Translations under genes and position numbers: made by a program
Assembly (NCBI RefSeq): GCF_036323395.1
Contig: NZ_AP028907.1
Coordinates: 2,070,001 to 2,102,000, forward strand
DNA from: Pyrodictium abyssi
Lineage (GTDB): Archaea > Thermoproteota > Thermoprotei_A > Sulfolobales > Pyrodictiaceae
Direction: 5' to 3'
Length of the DNA: 32,000 bases
Notes under the pieces: generated by a model
What the model saw: the letters and a program-made list of their open reading frames with translations, nothing else
Databases searched by the model: none
What the model was told of the DNA's origin: nothing
Shown: positions 1 through 8,315 of the stretch, piece by piece
Numbering within the stretch: position 1 is the stretch's first letter
How the letters are laid out: each line of letters opens with the position of its first letter

Positions 1-888
1 AAGGTAGTATACGGGCTAGAGGACGAGCTAAAGATAATACTGGCATCGCTGCTCGTCGGCGGCCATGTGCTCCTCGAAGGCATGCCCGGGGTAGCCAAGA
101 CGACGCTAGCCAAGGCCCTCGCATCCAGCATGAGGCTCGAGTTCCGGAGGATACAGTTCACTCCCGACCTGCTACCCAGCGACATAATAGGCACGATGAT
201 CTACGACCAGAGGAGCGGCGAGTTCAGGCTACGCCGCGGCCCGGTGTTCACCAACATCCTCCTCGCCGACGAGATTAACCGCGCCTCGCCCCGGACCCAG
301 AGCGCGCTCCTAGAGGCGATGCAGGAGCGCCAGGTAACCATAGAGGGCAACACGCTCCCTCTGCCCGAGCCATTCCTGGTCATAGCCACGCAGAACCCCA
401 TAGAGCTCGAAGGGACGTTCCCGCTCCCCGAGGCCCAGATAGACAGGTTCCTCGTCAAGGTATCCATACCAATGCCGGGCCGGGAGGTTCTGCGCAGGAT
501 ACTCCGAGGCCTAGAAACCATCGAGAAGTGGCCCGTAGAGCCCGTGGCGAACCGCGACGAGATACTGGAGGCCCGTAGAGCCATATGGCGCGTCGAGGTC
601 AGCGACCCCGTAGTAGACTACATCATAGACCTCGTGGAGGAGACCCACCGCCACCCCGACGTGAGGCTAGGAGCCAGCCCCAGAGCAGCCATAGCACTGC
701 AGCAGCTAGCCCGGGCCCTCGCAGCCATGGAGGGCAGGGGCTACGTCATACCAGACGACGTGAAGACCGCGGCCCGGTACGTCCTTGTACACCGTATAAT
801 CCTCCGGCCCGAGGCCGAGGCGGAGGGCCGCCGGCCCGAAGACGTGGTAGAGTCGGTACTGTCCAGCGTCCGCGTACCAGTACCGTAG
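1..888 (+). CDS. MoxR-family AAA+ ATPase (5' end cut by window edge)
   Basis: Frame 1 is open from nt 1 ([34 protein letters not shown]...). It shows Walker A GMPGVAKT, Walker [10 protein letters not shown], the IATQNP sensor region and a C-terminal lid helix region typical of MoxR/RavA-type ATPases. The track start at 67 lies just before the P-loop, so the true start is upstream of the window. Confidence 0.9.
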   Translation, partial: KVVYGLEDELKIILASLLVGGHVLLEGMPGVAKTTLAKALASSMRLEFRRIQFTPDLLPSDIIGTMIYDQRSGEFRLRRGPVFTNILLADEINRASPRTQSALLEAMQERQVTIEGNTLPLPEPFLVIATQNPIELEGTFPLPEAQIDRFLVKVSIPMPGREVLRRILRGLETIEKWPVEPVANRDEILEARRAIWRVEVSDPVVDYIIDLVEETHRHPDVRLGASPRAAIALQQLARALAAMEGRGYVIPDDVKTAARYVLVHRIILRPEAEAEGRRPEDVVESVLSSVRVPVP

Positions 889-931
889 AGAAGCCTCCGG
901 GGGACCGGCGGAGCCGGGGAGCAGGAGCGCC

Positions 932-2335
932 TTGGCCGAACAGAGCCTCTTTGACAGGATAAGCGAGCTCATGGCCCCCGTGACGCCGCGCGGCCATGCC
1001 GTGCTCTTCCTGTCGGCGAGCCTTCTCGCGGCGGGGCTCCTGGCGGGGCCGGGGAGAGCCCCAGCCCTTATGTCTGCTGGGCTAGCGCTCCTGCTCCTCG
1101 TGATAGTAGAGCGCGAGGTGTTCCTAGCCCGTGCGGCAGCGCTCTCCCGTATCGACGCCAGGTGGGTGATCGAGCACCCGCTCGTAGAGGGGCGTCCCTC
1201 CCTCGTGAAGCTGGTGCTGGAGAACAGGTCGCTCACCCCTATAGAGCACCTGGAGGTGTACGACAACCCTCCACGCCTATTCCACTGGGCCGGCGAGGCC
1301 CCGCCGCGCGCAGTGGTAGCCCTCCCGGCCATGGGCGTGGTGGAGGTCAGCTACACGGTAGTGCCGGTCGTTGGGCGCCACGAGTGGGGAGGCCCCCTAA
1401 GGCTCGTAGCAGAGGATGTACTCGGCTTCTTCCGTGCCGAGAGGCTCGTAGACCAGGGGCTCCCCGTGGTGAACGTCCAGCCCCGGCTACTGGACGTGCC
1501 CCGGCGCCGCGCGGCTCTCCCCACGGTGCTCCAGCCTGGCGGTGTAGCGAAGCTGCGCCGCCGCGGCGTCGGCTCCGAGATAATGGAGCTACGCGAGTAC
1601 ACGCCCGACGACGATATACGCCTCGTCGACTGGAAGGCCTCGGCCCGCGCTGGCCGCCTAATGGTCAAGGTGTTTGAGCAGGAGTCAGTGCTCCGCGTAG
1701 CAGTGGTTGTGGACGCCCACCCATCGATGTTCCGTGGCGTGCTCGGCGAGACCAAGATAGAGTACGCGGCCCGCCTAGCAGCGTCTATCGCCGAGTACCT
1801 TGCCCGCCGCGGCGACGTCTACCGAGTCTACCTCGCCGACCCCAGCGGCCGGATGTACTCGACTCCGTGGCTCCACGGCCGCGGGAGCGGTGCGCTCGCC
1901 CGCCGCTTCATAGCCGAGAAGCTCTCGTGGCCCCGTAGCCCAGGGCAAGCCCCGGAGCCGCGGCGCCGCGCCAACGCGATAGTGGAGGCACTCCTGTCCA
2001 CACTGCCCCGCGGCAAGACCATAGTGTTCCTAGTGAGCGACTTCGGCGAAGACGCCGGCGCGGCAGAGGCCTACACAGCAGCGCTCCGGAGACTCCAGCA
2101 GCTACGCCACAGCGTCTACGTAGTCTTCCCGCTCACGACGCTCTTCGAGGCCCGGGCGCTTAGGGGGATCCAGGCAGCGGTCTACAGGCTGCTAGCATAC
2201 GAGAGGATAAAGGCCTACAAGGAGATAACCATGCTGTTGAGGAGACATGGTCTACGAGTAGCAGCGGCCGGACCAAGCGACCTACTCTCGTACCTCCTAG
2301 AGCGCCTAGAGAGGATACGAGGCGTGGTAGCTTGA
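932..2335 (+). CDS. DUF58 (vWA-like) protein, the usual MoxR partner
   Basis: Two N-terminal TM helices are followed by the DUF58 hallmark YTPDDDIRLVDWKASARAGRLMVKVFEQE and a degenerate MIDAS-like VVVDAHPS. It lies directly downstream of moxR. The start is ambiguous: TTG 932 or ATG 971. Confidence 0.85.
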   Translation: MAEQSLFDRISELMAPVTPRGHAVLFLSASLLAAGLLAGPGRAPALMSAGLALLLLVIVEREVFLARAAALSRIDARWVIEHPLVEGRPSLVKLVLENRSLTPIEHLEVYDNPPRLFHWAGEAPPRAVVALPAMGVVEVSYTVVPVVGRHEWGGPLRLVAEDVLGFFRAERLVDQGLPVVNVQPRLLDVPRRRAALPTVLQPGGVAKLRRRGVGSEIMELREYTPDDDIRLVDWKASARAGRLMVKVFEQESVLRVAVVVDAHPSMFRGVLGETKIEYAARLAASIAEYLARRGDVYRVYLADPSGRMYSTPWLHGRGSGALARRFIAEKLSWPRSPGQAPEPRRRANAIVEALLSTLPRGKTIVFLVSDFGEDAGAAEAYTAALRRLQQLRHSVYVVFPLTTLFEARALRGIQAAVYRLLAYERIKAYKEITMLLRRHGLRVAAAGPSDLLSYLLERLERIRGVVA

Positions 2336-3561
2336 GCAAGCCCCTCCTCATGTACAACATAACGCGCGTCCTCGCCGCCGCAGCGGCGGCCTCTGCCGCG
2401 TACCCTGCATACAGCATCATAGCCGGCTACGTCGGGGGCTACCTCTACAACGTGGCGGGCCCTGGTCTGGCCGTGGCTGCTGTAGCCCGGTCGCTGCACG
2501 TGGTAGGCGTGCTCGTGACCACAGCCCTCGTGATGCTGGGCCGCGTATACGTAGCCTACACGCTCCTCGGCATCGCGACGGGAGTAGCGGGGCTCGCAGG
2601 GCTAGAGCCCTGGAGCGTCGCCGCCCCAGCTATAGCCTCGAGCACCCTGTACACCCTCTCCCTACGCTACGAGATAGCCTCGACAGGCTACGCTAGACAC
2701 CGGGTCATGTGCAGCAGGCAATGCACAGTAGTCACAGCCGCCTCTCTCCTGGCCAGCTATACCGTTCTAGCAGCCTCGGTGTTCTACGGATCGCTGCTCG
2801 TGTCGAGCCTCTACGAGCTCCTGCTCGAGCCTCCCGCCGGGCTGCCAGAGCCACTAGCAGATGTATGGAGCAAGGCACAACAGATGCTCGTAGTGAGGCT
2901 ACTAGTGTTGGCCGTGGTGGCCTATGCGTTCTACTACGCCGCGGCGAGGATAACCGGCCCACTAGTCTACGCGCTCACAGCAAGCCCCGAGGAGCTAGCC
3001 AAGAACACACAGCAGCTACTCGAGGCAGAGGCCCGCGAGGTCCTAGAGATGAAGAAGTGGTACCACCGGATGCTGCGCTCGAGTCTAGCCCTAGTAGGCA
3101 CTATACCAGCAGCCGTGACAGGCTACATAGCCGTGGAGGCAGTGTCGGCGGTAGCCAGAAATGGGCTGGTGGGGGGCACACCCTGGTGGGTAGACCTCCT
3201 AGCACGCATACTGCTGGTTTCCTCGGCCTCCACGCTAAGCTACCTGGCGGCCCGCCGCCTACTAGAGTCGATGGCGTTCGCGAGGATACGCTGGAGAAAC
3301 CTCGCCATAGCCTCAGCAGTCGGGCTCACAGCCTGGATGCTGCTATACATAGTAATACTTGTGGCCCACGGCGCGCAGTCCGGCGACGCGCTCCGCATAT
3401 TCCTGGAGAACAGCCTAAGGATAGCACGCGGCGACGAACCCCTGGTAAGCGACAATACGCAGCTACTGGAAGCCGTGGATAGGCTGGAGAAGCTCCTAGG
3501 CGAGGGCCTCCAACAGGCCGAGTACATACTAAGGTTCCTAGTCAAGCTGCTCTGGGGGTGA
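2332..3561 (+). CDS. polytopic membrane protein, no recognisable family
   Basis: 409-aa ORF with about 8 hydrophobic segments and a central and a C-terminal amphipathic/charged helix region. Its TTG start overlaps the DUF58 stop by 4 nt (TTGA), implying translational coupling. Confidence 0.7.
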   Translation: MSKPLLMYNITRVLAAAAAASAAYPAYSIIAGYVGGYLYNVAGPGLAVAAVARSLHVVGVLVTTALVMLGRVYVAYTLLGIATGVAGLAGLEPWSVAAPAIASSTLYTLSLRYEIASTGYARHRVMCSRQCTVVTAASLLASYTVLAASVFYGSLLVSSLYELLLEPPAGLPEPLADVWSKAQQMLVVRLLVLAVVAYAFYYAAARITGPLVYALTASPEELAKNTQQLLEAEAREVLEMKKWYHRMLRSSLALVGTIPAAVTGYIAVEAVSAVARNGLVGGTPWWVDLLARILLVSSASTLSYLAARRLLESMAFARIRWRNLAIASAVGLTAWMLLYIVILVAHGAQSGDALRIFLENSLRIARGDEPLVSDNTQLLEAVDRLEKLLGEGLQQAEYILRFLVKLLWG

Positions 3562-3848
3562 CCAGGGGGGTGCCCCGCAGCCTCCAGTCGGTGCAGGCGC
3601 TCATACGCTCAATAGCCTCGCTGGGGATAGGCACTGCGATGGCCTACCTAGGCTACCGGTTCTTCCTCTACAGCATAGGCTACCTGGCAGAAGAGCCCCC
3701 AAAGGTCACAGCAGGCCTCATGGCGGGCCTCGCGGGCTTCACCTTCACAGCGGCTGCGGTCACGCTGCTACGGGACTGGATAATAGTCGAGAGGATAGCA
3801 CGGACCGGGAAACAAGAGGAGCAGGGACAGGGACGGGAGAGGAGCTAG
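3558..3848 (+). CDS. small membrane protein (2-3 TM, charged C-tail), unknown function
   Basis: 96-aa ORF whose GTG start overlaps the preceding stop by 4 nt (GTGA). It has hydrophobic helices and then the tail RIARTGKQEEQGQGRERS. No family was recognised. Confidence 0.55.
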   Translation: MTRGVPRSLQSVQALIRSIASLGIGTAMAYLGYRFFLYSIGYLAEEPPKVTAGLMAGLAGFTFTAAAVTLLRDWIIVERIARTGKQEEQGQGRERS

Positions 3849-4633
3849 ACCCAGCGCTTCTTCCTCCGGTACCACTTGGCGCGCCGATAGCTCCCCGACT
3901 CCGCGCCCCTCATGCCGAGGTAGAACTCCTTAACGTCCTTGTCCTCGCGTAGCTTCTCCGCAGGCCCTTCCAGCACTATCTTGCCGTTCTCGATTATGTA
4001 GCCGTGGTCGGCTATCTCCAGAGCCTTACGCGCGTTCTGCTCGGCCAGCAGTATGGTCATCCCCTCCTCCTCGTGGAGCCTCCGGATGGAGTCATAGACC
4101 TCCGAGACTATCTTCGGCGCTAGCCCGAGGCTAGGCTCGTCCAGCAAGAGGAGCCGGGGCCTCGCTAGCAGGGCGAGCCCTATCGCTAGCATCTGCTGCT
4201 CGCCGCCACTGAGGTAGCCTGCCCGCGTTGTGCGCCGGACACGGAGCCGAGGGAAGTACTTGTAGACTAGGTCCGGGTCAGGGTTTCTATCCCTCCACGC
4301 GTAGGCTACAGCCTCGATATTCTCCTCGACCGTCAGCTCCTTGAATATACGGCGGCCCTCCACCACGTATACTATGCCGCGCCGCGAGACATCCTCGGGG
4401 TCGCGGTTCTCGATATGCTCACCCATGTAGCTGATATAGCCCTTGGTGACGCGGCCACGGTCGAGCTTTATGAGCCCGGAGACCGCTTTGAGGAGCGTAG
4501 TCTTCCCGGCCCCATTGGGCCCAAGAACGGCTACTATACTCTTCTCGGGCACAGATATGCTGATACCCTTAAGCACGAGTATGTAGGGGTGGTACACCAC
4601 CTCTATGTTGTTGACCTCCAGCATAGCCGGCAT
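3845..4633 (-). CDS. livF: LIV-type ABC transporter ATP-binding protein (LivF-like)
   Basis: Walker A GPNGAGKTT, signature LSGGEQQMLAIGLAL and Walker B LLLLDEPS, with a basic C-terminal tail. The track start GTG 4660 is probably too long. ATG 4633 or ATG 4624 (MLEVNNIEV...) fits family N-termini. Confidence 0.9.
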   Translation of the reverse strand: MPAMLEVNNIEVVYHPYILVLKGISISVPEKSIVAVLGPNGAGKTTLLKAVSGLIKLDRGRVTKGYISYMGEHIENRDPEDVSRRGIVYVVEGRRIFKELTVEENIEAVAYAWRDRNPDPDLVYKYFPRLRVRRTTRAGYLSGGEQQMLAIGLALLARPRLLLLDEPSLGLAPKIVSEVYDSIRRLHEEEGMTILLAEQNARKALEIADHGYIIENGKIVLEGPAEKLREDKDVKEFYLGMRGAESGSYRRAKWYRRKKRWV

Positions 4634-4714
4634 AGCCCACCAACCCGGGAAGACCTGCACGGGGAGGTGAATAAACAGCCCAGGGGCTTATGCGGCCAGA
4701 AAAACAGTCCGGGG

Positions 4715-6064
4715 CTAGCTCCCCTCGAGGGTGGCCTTGACGCAGTCTACGCCCTCGGGTGTTATCGGGCCCTCGAAGTGGAACTCGCCGTCCTCACCGT
4801 AGACTACTATGTAGCTGGATGTGAACGGCAAGTGCTTGCCAGGACAGTACCTCATCTCCGGCGTTATGTCTCCCAGCTTTATCGGCTCGCCCTGGCAGCT
4901 GGACTCTAGCGCCTCCTTTAGGGCCTCACCGCCTTTCTCCTTCAAGGTCTTGGAGTCCACCATGCTTATTGCCTTTACTAGTAGCCATACGTTCATGAAG
5001 CCCTGCATTACTCTCAGGTTTACCTCGTCCTCCTTCATGCCAGCCATCTTGGCGGCCTCGTATGTCTCCCTGTAGCCGGGCTTATCCTTGGCGTACTCCG
5101 GCCATATCCACGGGGATACCCCGCCCACCTTGCCCTTCACGTCTGCTGCTGCTAGCTCTGGGAACCTCTCGTCGAAGCCCCATACGTTAGCTATCATCAC
5201 GGCGTTTAGGCCCAGCTTAGCAGCGGCACGGGCTGCTAGGCTACAGCTGCCTATAGTGTTGCCGCACCACATGAAGTCCGGGTTGTACTTCATGGCCTCC
5301 CTTATAGCGGCCTCGGCGGAGGCCTCGTCAGCCTTCAGCGGCAGATCAACGTCTACCACCTTTAGGCCGAGCTTCTCCGCCATAGCCTTTATGGCGGGTA
5401 TCGGGCTCTTACTGTAGGCTATCTTGTGGTCGTACAGCAGCACCACAGTGGCGCCGGGCTTCTTCTGGGACATCCACGTCACTGCTGCACATGCCTGCGT
5501 ACTGTAGTCTGGCGCGGGGAAGAAGTTGAACGGCTTGGGTACCAGCTTGGCGGAGTAGCTCGCGGATATGTACACTATCTTGTCCTTCGCAGTGCGGTCT
5601 GACAGGCTCTCAGTGTCGGCGGTACCCCAGCCTACTATAGCTATCACGTTGTACCTGTCGCGGAACTCGCGGTAGAACTCCTCGGCCTTCGGGGGCTTGT
5701 AGCCGTAGTCCCTCTTCACGTAGTTTATCTTCACGCGTACACCGTCCTTAGTGTATATGCCCTTCTCGTTGAAGTACTTGAAGGCTAGCTCAGCGCCCTT
5801 AGCATAGTCCTTGCCTACGTCGCTTGTAGGGCCGCTTAGGTCCACTAGTAGTCCCACGTTTATCTCCATAGTCTTCTCTCCGGTTGCCCCCGCCGTGCCC
5901 GTAGCTGTACCTGCAGGACTGGCCGTGGCTGTTTGCGTAGCTGCGGCCGTAGGGGAGGCCGTAGGTGTTGCAGTAGTTCCTCCCTTACCGCCCATCATGG
6001 CTACAGCAGCTATGATGGCTATTACGGCTATTACTCCAACTATTATGGCCGTGTTCCGCGCCAT
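4715..6064 (-). CDS. LIV-family (type I PBP) extracellular substrate-binding protein, membrane anchored
   Basis: An N-terminal TM anchor (IIVGVIAVIAIIAAVAMMGG) and a Thr/Ala/Pro-rich linker precede a ~380-aa Leu/Ile/Val-binding-protein-like domain. It sits within the liv permease/ATPase operon. ATG 6064 is preceded by GGAGGTG (6071-6077) with a 6-nt spacer, and the track GTG at 6073 lies inside that SD. Confidence 0.9.
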   Translation of the reverse strand: MARNTAIIVGVIAVIAIIAAVAMMGGKGGTTATPTASPTAAATQTATASPAGTATGTAGATGEKTMEINVGLLVDLSGPTSDVGKDYAKGAELAFKYFNEKGIYTKDGVRVKINYVKRDYGYKPPKAEEFYREFRDRYNVIAIVGWGTADTESLSDRTAKDKIVYISASYSAKLVPKPFNFFPAPDYSTQACAAVTWMSQKKPGATVVLLYDHKIAYSKSPIPAIKAMAEKLGLKVVDVDLPLKADEASAEAAIREAMKYNPDFMWCGNTIGSCSLAARAAAKLGLNAVMIANVWGFDERFPELAAADVKGKVGGVSPWIWPEYAKDKPGYRETYEAAKMAGMKEDEVNLRVMQGFMNVWLLVKAISMVDSKTLKEKGGEALKEALESSCQGEPIKLGDITPEMRYCPGKHLPFTSSYIVVYGEDGEFHFEGPITPEGVDCVKATLEGS

Positions 6065-6070
6065 CAGGCC

Positions 6071-6110
6071 CACCTCCAGCCCGCCAACCTACGCATCCCG
6101 TATAACTTAA
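6071..6110 (-). promoter_or_regulatory. internal promoter/RBS of the binding-protein gene (TATA-like TTAAGTTATA + SD GGAGGTG)
   Basis: The AT-rich 157-nt spacer (6074-6230) stands out in an otherwise GC-rich operon. On the minus strand, TTAAGTTATA (6101-6110) lies ~37-46 nt upstream of ATG 6064, and the SD is at 6071-6077. Further TATA-like boxes (CTTTATATTG, CGATATATGAG) lie upstream. Confidence 0.4.
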
Positions 6111-6230
6111 ACCTTTCTCATATATCGTGTATTGCAAAACAATATAAAGAAATGATAATGTAAGTCACATATCAATGCTGGTATAGGCTAAAACGAAATA
6201 CGGAGGGGCGTGCGTGGGACTGCGGCTGGG

Positions 6231-7238
6231 CTAGTAGCTGTAGGGCCATAGCCTGAAGTACTCCTTCACGCGACGGAGCACAGCTATGAGGCCCTCCGGC
6301 TCCTTGACCACGAAGTATGCTATAGCAGCGCCGAGCACCAGGTACTTGTACATAGGATTACCCTCGAACACCATCTCTAGCATACTCTGGCTAGCCATTA
6401 TGGCGGCTAGCCCTAGTAGGCTCCCCCAGATTATCCTCCCAGCGCCCCCGACGAGCACCATTGCCAGGAAGTCTATCGACTGCTCTAGCGTGAAGTTGTC
6501 ATAGTCTATCGCGGTTAGGTGGAGCGCTAGCAGCCCGCCAGCGAGACCTGCATAGAAGCTACCGATAGCAAACGCCAGCGCCTTCGTCCTCGTGACGTTT
6601 ATGCCGACTATTTCGGCCGATATGTCGTTGTCCCGGACAGCCTTCATCGCTCTACCAATGCTGCTCCGCCCGATGTTAGCAGCAGTCCACACCGCGATGA
6701 GCGTCAGCGCCAGCGTTGTGTAGTAGAGTAGCTTGCCCTCGCCCAGCTCTAGCCCTAGGAGCACCTTAGCGTCATCGTTCACCGGCATGTACTGGTCTGA
6801 GGCGACCCAGCGCTGGTATGTGTAGAACAGTATCTCCTGCGCAGCTATGCTAGCCATGGCCAGGTAGTAGCCCTTAAGCCTGAACGACGGGAGGCTCAGC
6901 AGCGTGCCTACGGCCGCGGCCATGAGGGCGCCAGCCGGTATAGCGGCTAGTATGTTGATTCCATGGAGTGTTAGCCACGCAGCGGTATAGGCGCCTGCGC
7001 CCATTAGTGCGGCGTGCGCGAGCGATATCTGCCCGGCCAATCCGGTGGTTATGTTGAGTCCTATAGCGGCCACTAGGTAGACCATGTAGAACGCTAGCTT
7101 GTTGGCTATGAACGGTCCAGCCATGAACGGTAGTGCTGCCAGCAAGGCTAGCGCGGCTATGGCGGAGTAGACGTGTATAGGGTAGCGTAGGTGCGCCATC
7201 TGCTGGAGGTACGTCTCCTTGAACACTCCTGCTGGCAT
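6231..7238 (-). CDS. livM: LIV-type ABC transporter permease (LivM-like)
   Basis: Polytopic membrane ORF with LivM-type topology and motifs (GQISLAHAALMGAGAY...). ATG 7238 follows GGAGGTG (7245-7251) by 6 nt, and the track GTG 7247 lies inside the SD. Confidence 0.9.
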   Translation of the reverse strand: MPAGVFKETYLQQMAHLRYPIHVYSAIAALALLAALPFMAGPFIANKLAFYMVYLVAAIGLNITTGLAGQISLAHAALMGAGAYTAAWLTLHGINILAAIPAGALMAAAVGTLLSLPSFRLKGYYLAMASIAAQEILFYTYQRWVASDQYMPVNDDAKVLLGLELGEGKLLYYTTLALTLIAVWTAANIGRSSIGRAMKAVRDNDISAEIVGINVTRTKALAFAIGSFYAGLAGGLLALHLTAIDYDNFTLEQSIDFLAMVLVGGAGRIIWGSLLGLAAIMASQSMLEMVFEGNPMYKYLVLGAAIAYFVVKEPEGLIAVLRRVKEYFRLWPYSY

Positions 7239-7258
7239 GGCTGCCACCTCCTAGCGGG

Positions 7259-8167
7259 TTATACACGTTCGATCCTCTCGGTGCCGAAGAGCCCATAGGG
7301 CTTCACGAGCAGTACGAGTAGCATTATCATGTATGCGGCCGCCTCGTGTATACCCGTGAAGTCTATCACGCCGAACCGCAGGTAGGGCTCGAGGAACCTC
7401 ACAAGCTGCTCCGTCACGCCGAGTACGAGCCCGCCCACGATTATGCCTGCGACGGTGTCGAGGCCTGCTAGCAGGCTCGCAGCGAGCGCCTTGATCACGT
7501 AGACCTCTAGTATGGGGCTAAGGTTGGCCTTCAACGCCACGGCTATAGCCGCTAGGCCCCCCGCGGCGCCGGCGAGGCCCCAGCTCAGCATGGTGAGGAG
7601 CTTCACGGGGAGCCCGTACGCTGCCGCGCCGTAGGGGTCCTCCGCCACAGCCCTCATAGCCACGCCTAGCCTGGTCAGCCTGTGCAGCGCGACAACTATG
7701 GCCACTATGCCGGCCCCAGCGGCTATGGCGGCTATGTCGGAGGCCGAGAGCGTCACGGGGCCAGCGCGGAGGCTAAACTCGCTACGGAGCAAGCTAGCCT
7801 GAGGTATGCTACCTCCAGCCACGAACATGGACACGCCCTTCAGCACGTAGTACACGCCGAGCGTGGCGGCGATCAGCGCTATGGGGGGACGGCCTCTCAG
7901 CGGCCTAGCGACAAGCCTCTCCGTAGCGGCGCTGACCGCGAAGCCCACAGCGAGGGCGGCTAGAGTTCCGGCAGCGAGCCCAAGCCCGGCTCTAACAGCC
8001 GCGATGTAGGCTACGGTGGCCGATAGCAGGACTAGCGCTGGGTGTGCGAAGTTTATCGACTTGCTTACACGGTATACTATGTTGAAGCCTAGCGCTAGCG
8101 CTGCGTAGACCACGCCCATTATCGAGCCCGCTACTATGTACGAGACTAGCTGGCCGAGCTCGCCCAT
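7259..8167 (-). CDS. livH: LIV-type ABC transporter permease (LivH-like)
   Basis: Polytopic membrane ORF of LivH type (INFAHPALVLLSATVAY...). ATG 8167 follows GAGGGTG by 6 nt, and the track GTG 8176 lies inside the SD-like box. Confidence 0.9.
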   Translation of the reverse strand: MGELGQLVSYIVAGSIMGVVYAALALGFNIVYRVSKSINFAHPALVLLSATVAYIAAVRAGLGLAAGTLAALAVGFAVSAATERLVARPLRGRPPIALIAATLGVYYVLKGVSMFVAGGSIPQASLLRSEFSLRAGPVTLSASDIAAIAAGAGIVAIVVALHRLTRLGVAMRAVAEDPYGAAAYGLPVKLLTMLSWGLAGAAGGLAAIAVALKANLSPILEVYVIKALAASLLAGLDTVAGIIVGGLVLGVTEQLVRFLEPYLRFGVIDFTGIHEAAAYMIMLLVLLVKPYGLFGTERIERV

Positions 8168-8315
8168 GGAGCCCACCCTCTAGCAGCACATGTCTATCCG
8201 CATACACTGCCTCCTCTTTCGTGCAGCACATCCTGCATACTACAGACTGCCTATACGGGTCACATGGACCTGGGGGACGGATGTAGAAAGAAGCCGTGAG
8301 CGGGACCCGGAGGGT

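Noticed and set aside
585-1755. Long ORFs overlapping moxR/DUF58 in other frames or antisense (585..962 +, 706..1332 -, 746..997 -, 1162..1677 +, 1351..1755 -, 201..584 -).
   Set aside because: Their Arg/Pro/Gly/Ala/Ser-rich low-complexity translations are typical of off-frame reading of GC-rich coding DNA. They are fully covered by ORFs with clear family motifs. The same applies to similar shadow ORFs throughout the window, for example 2709..3482, 4415..4909, 11714..12172, 15043..15480, 15942..16490, 19420..19899, 21404..21994 and 24924..25214.
6074-6230. AT-rich spacers (also 11209-11388, 12835-12930, 13514-13654 and 18542-18850), inspected for tRNA, box C/D sRNA or other RNA genes.
   Set aside because: By eye I found no cloverleaf-compatible arms and no paired C (RUGAUGA) / D (CUGA) boxes with terminal stems. 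The spacers are better explained as promoters and leaders. A covariance-model scan (tRNAscan-SE, Infernal/Rfam) would be needed to be sure.
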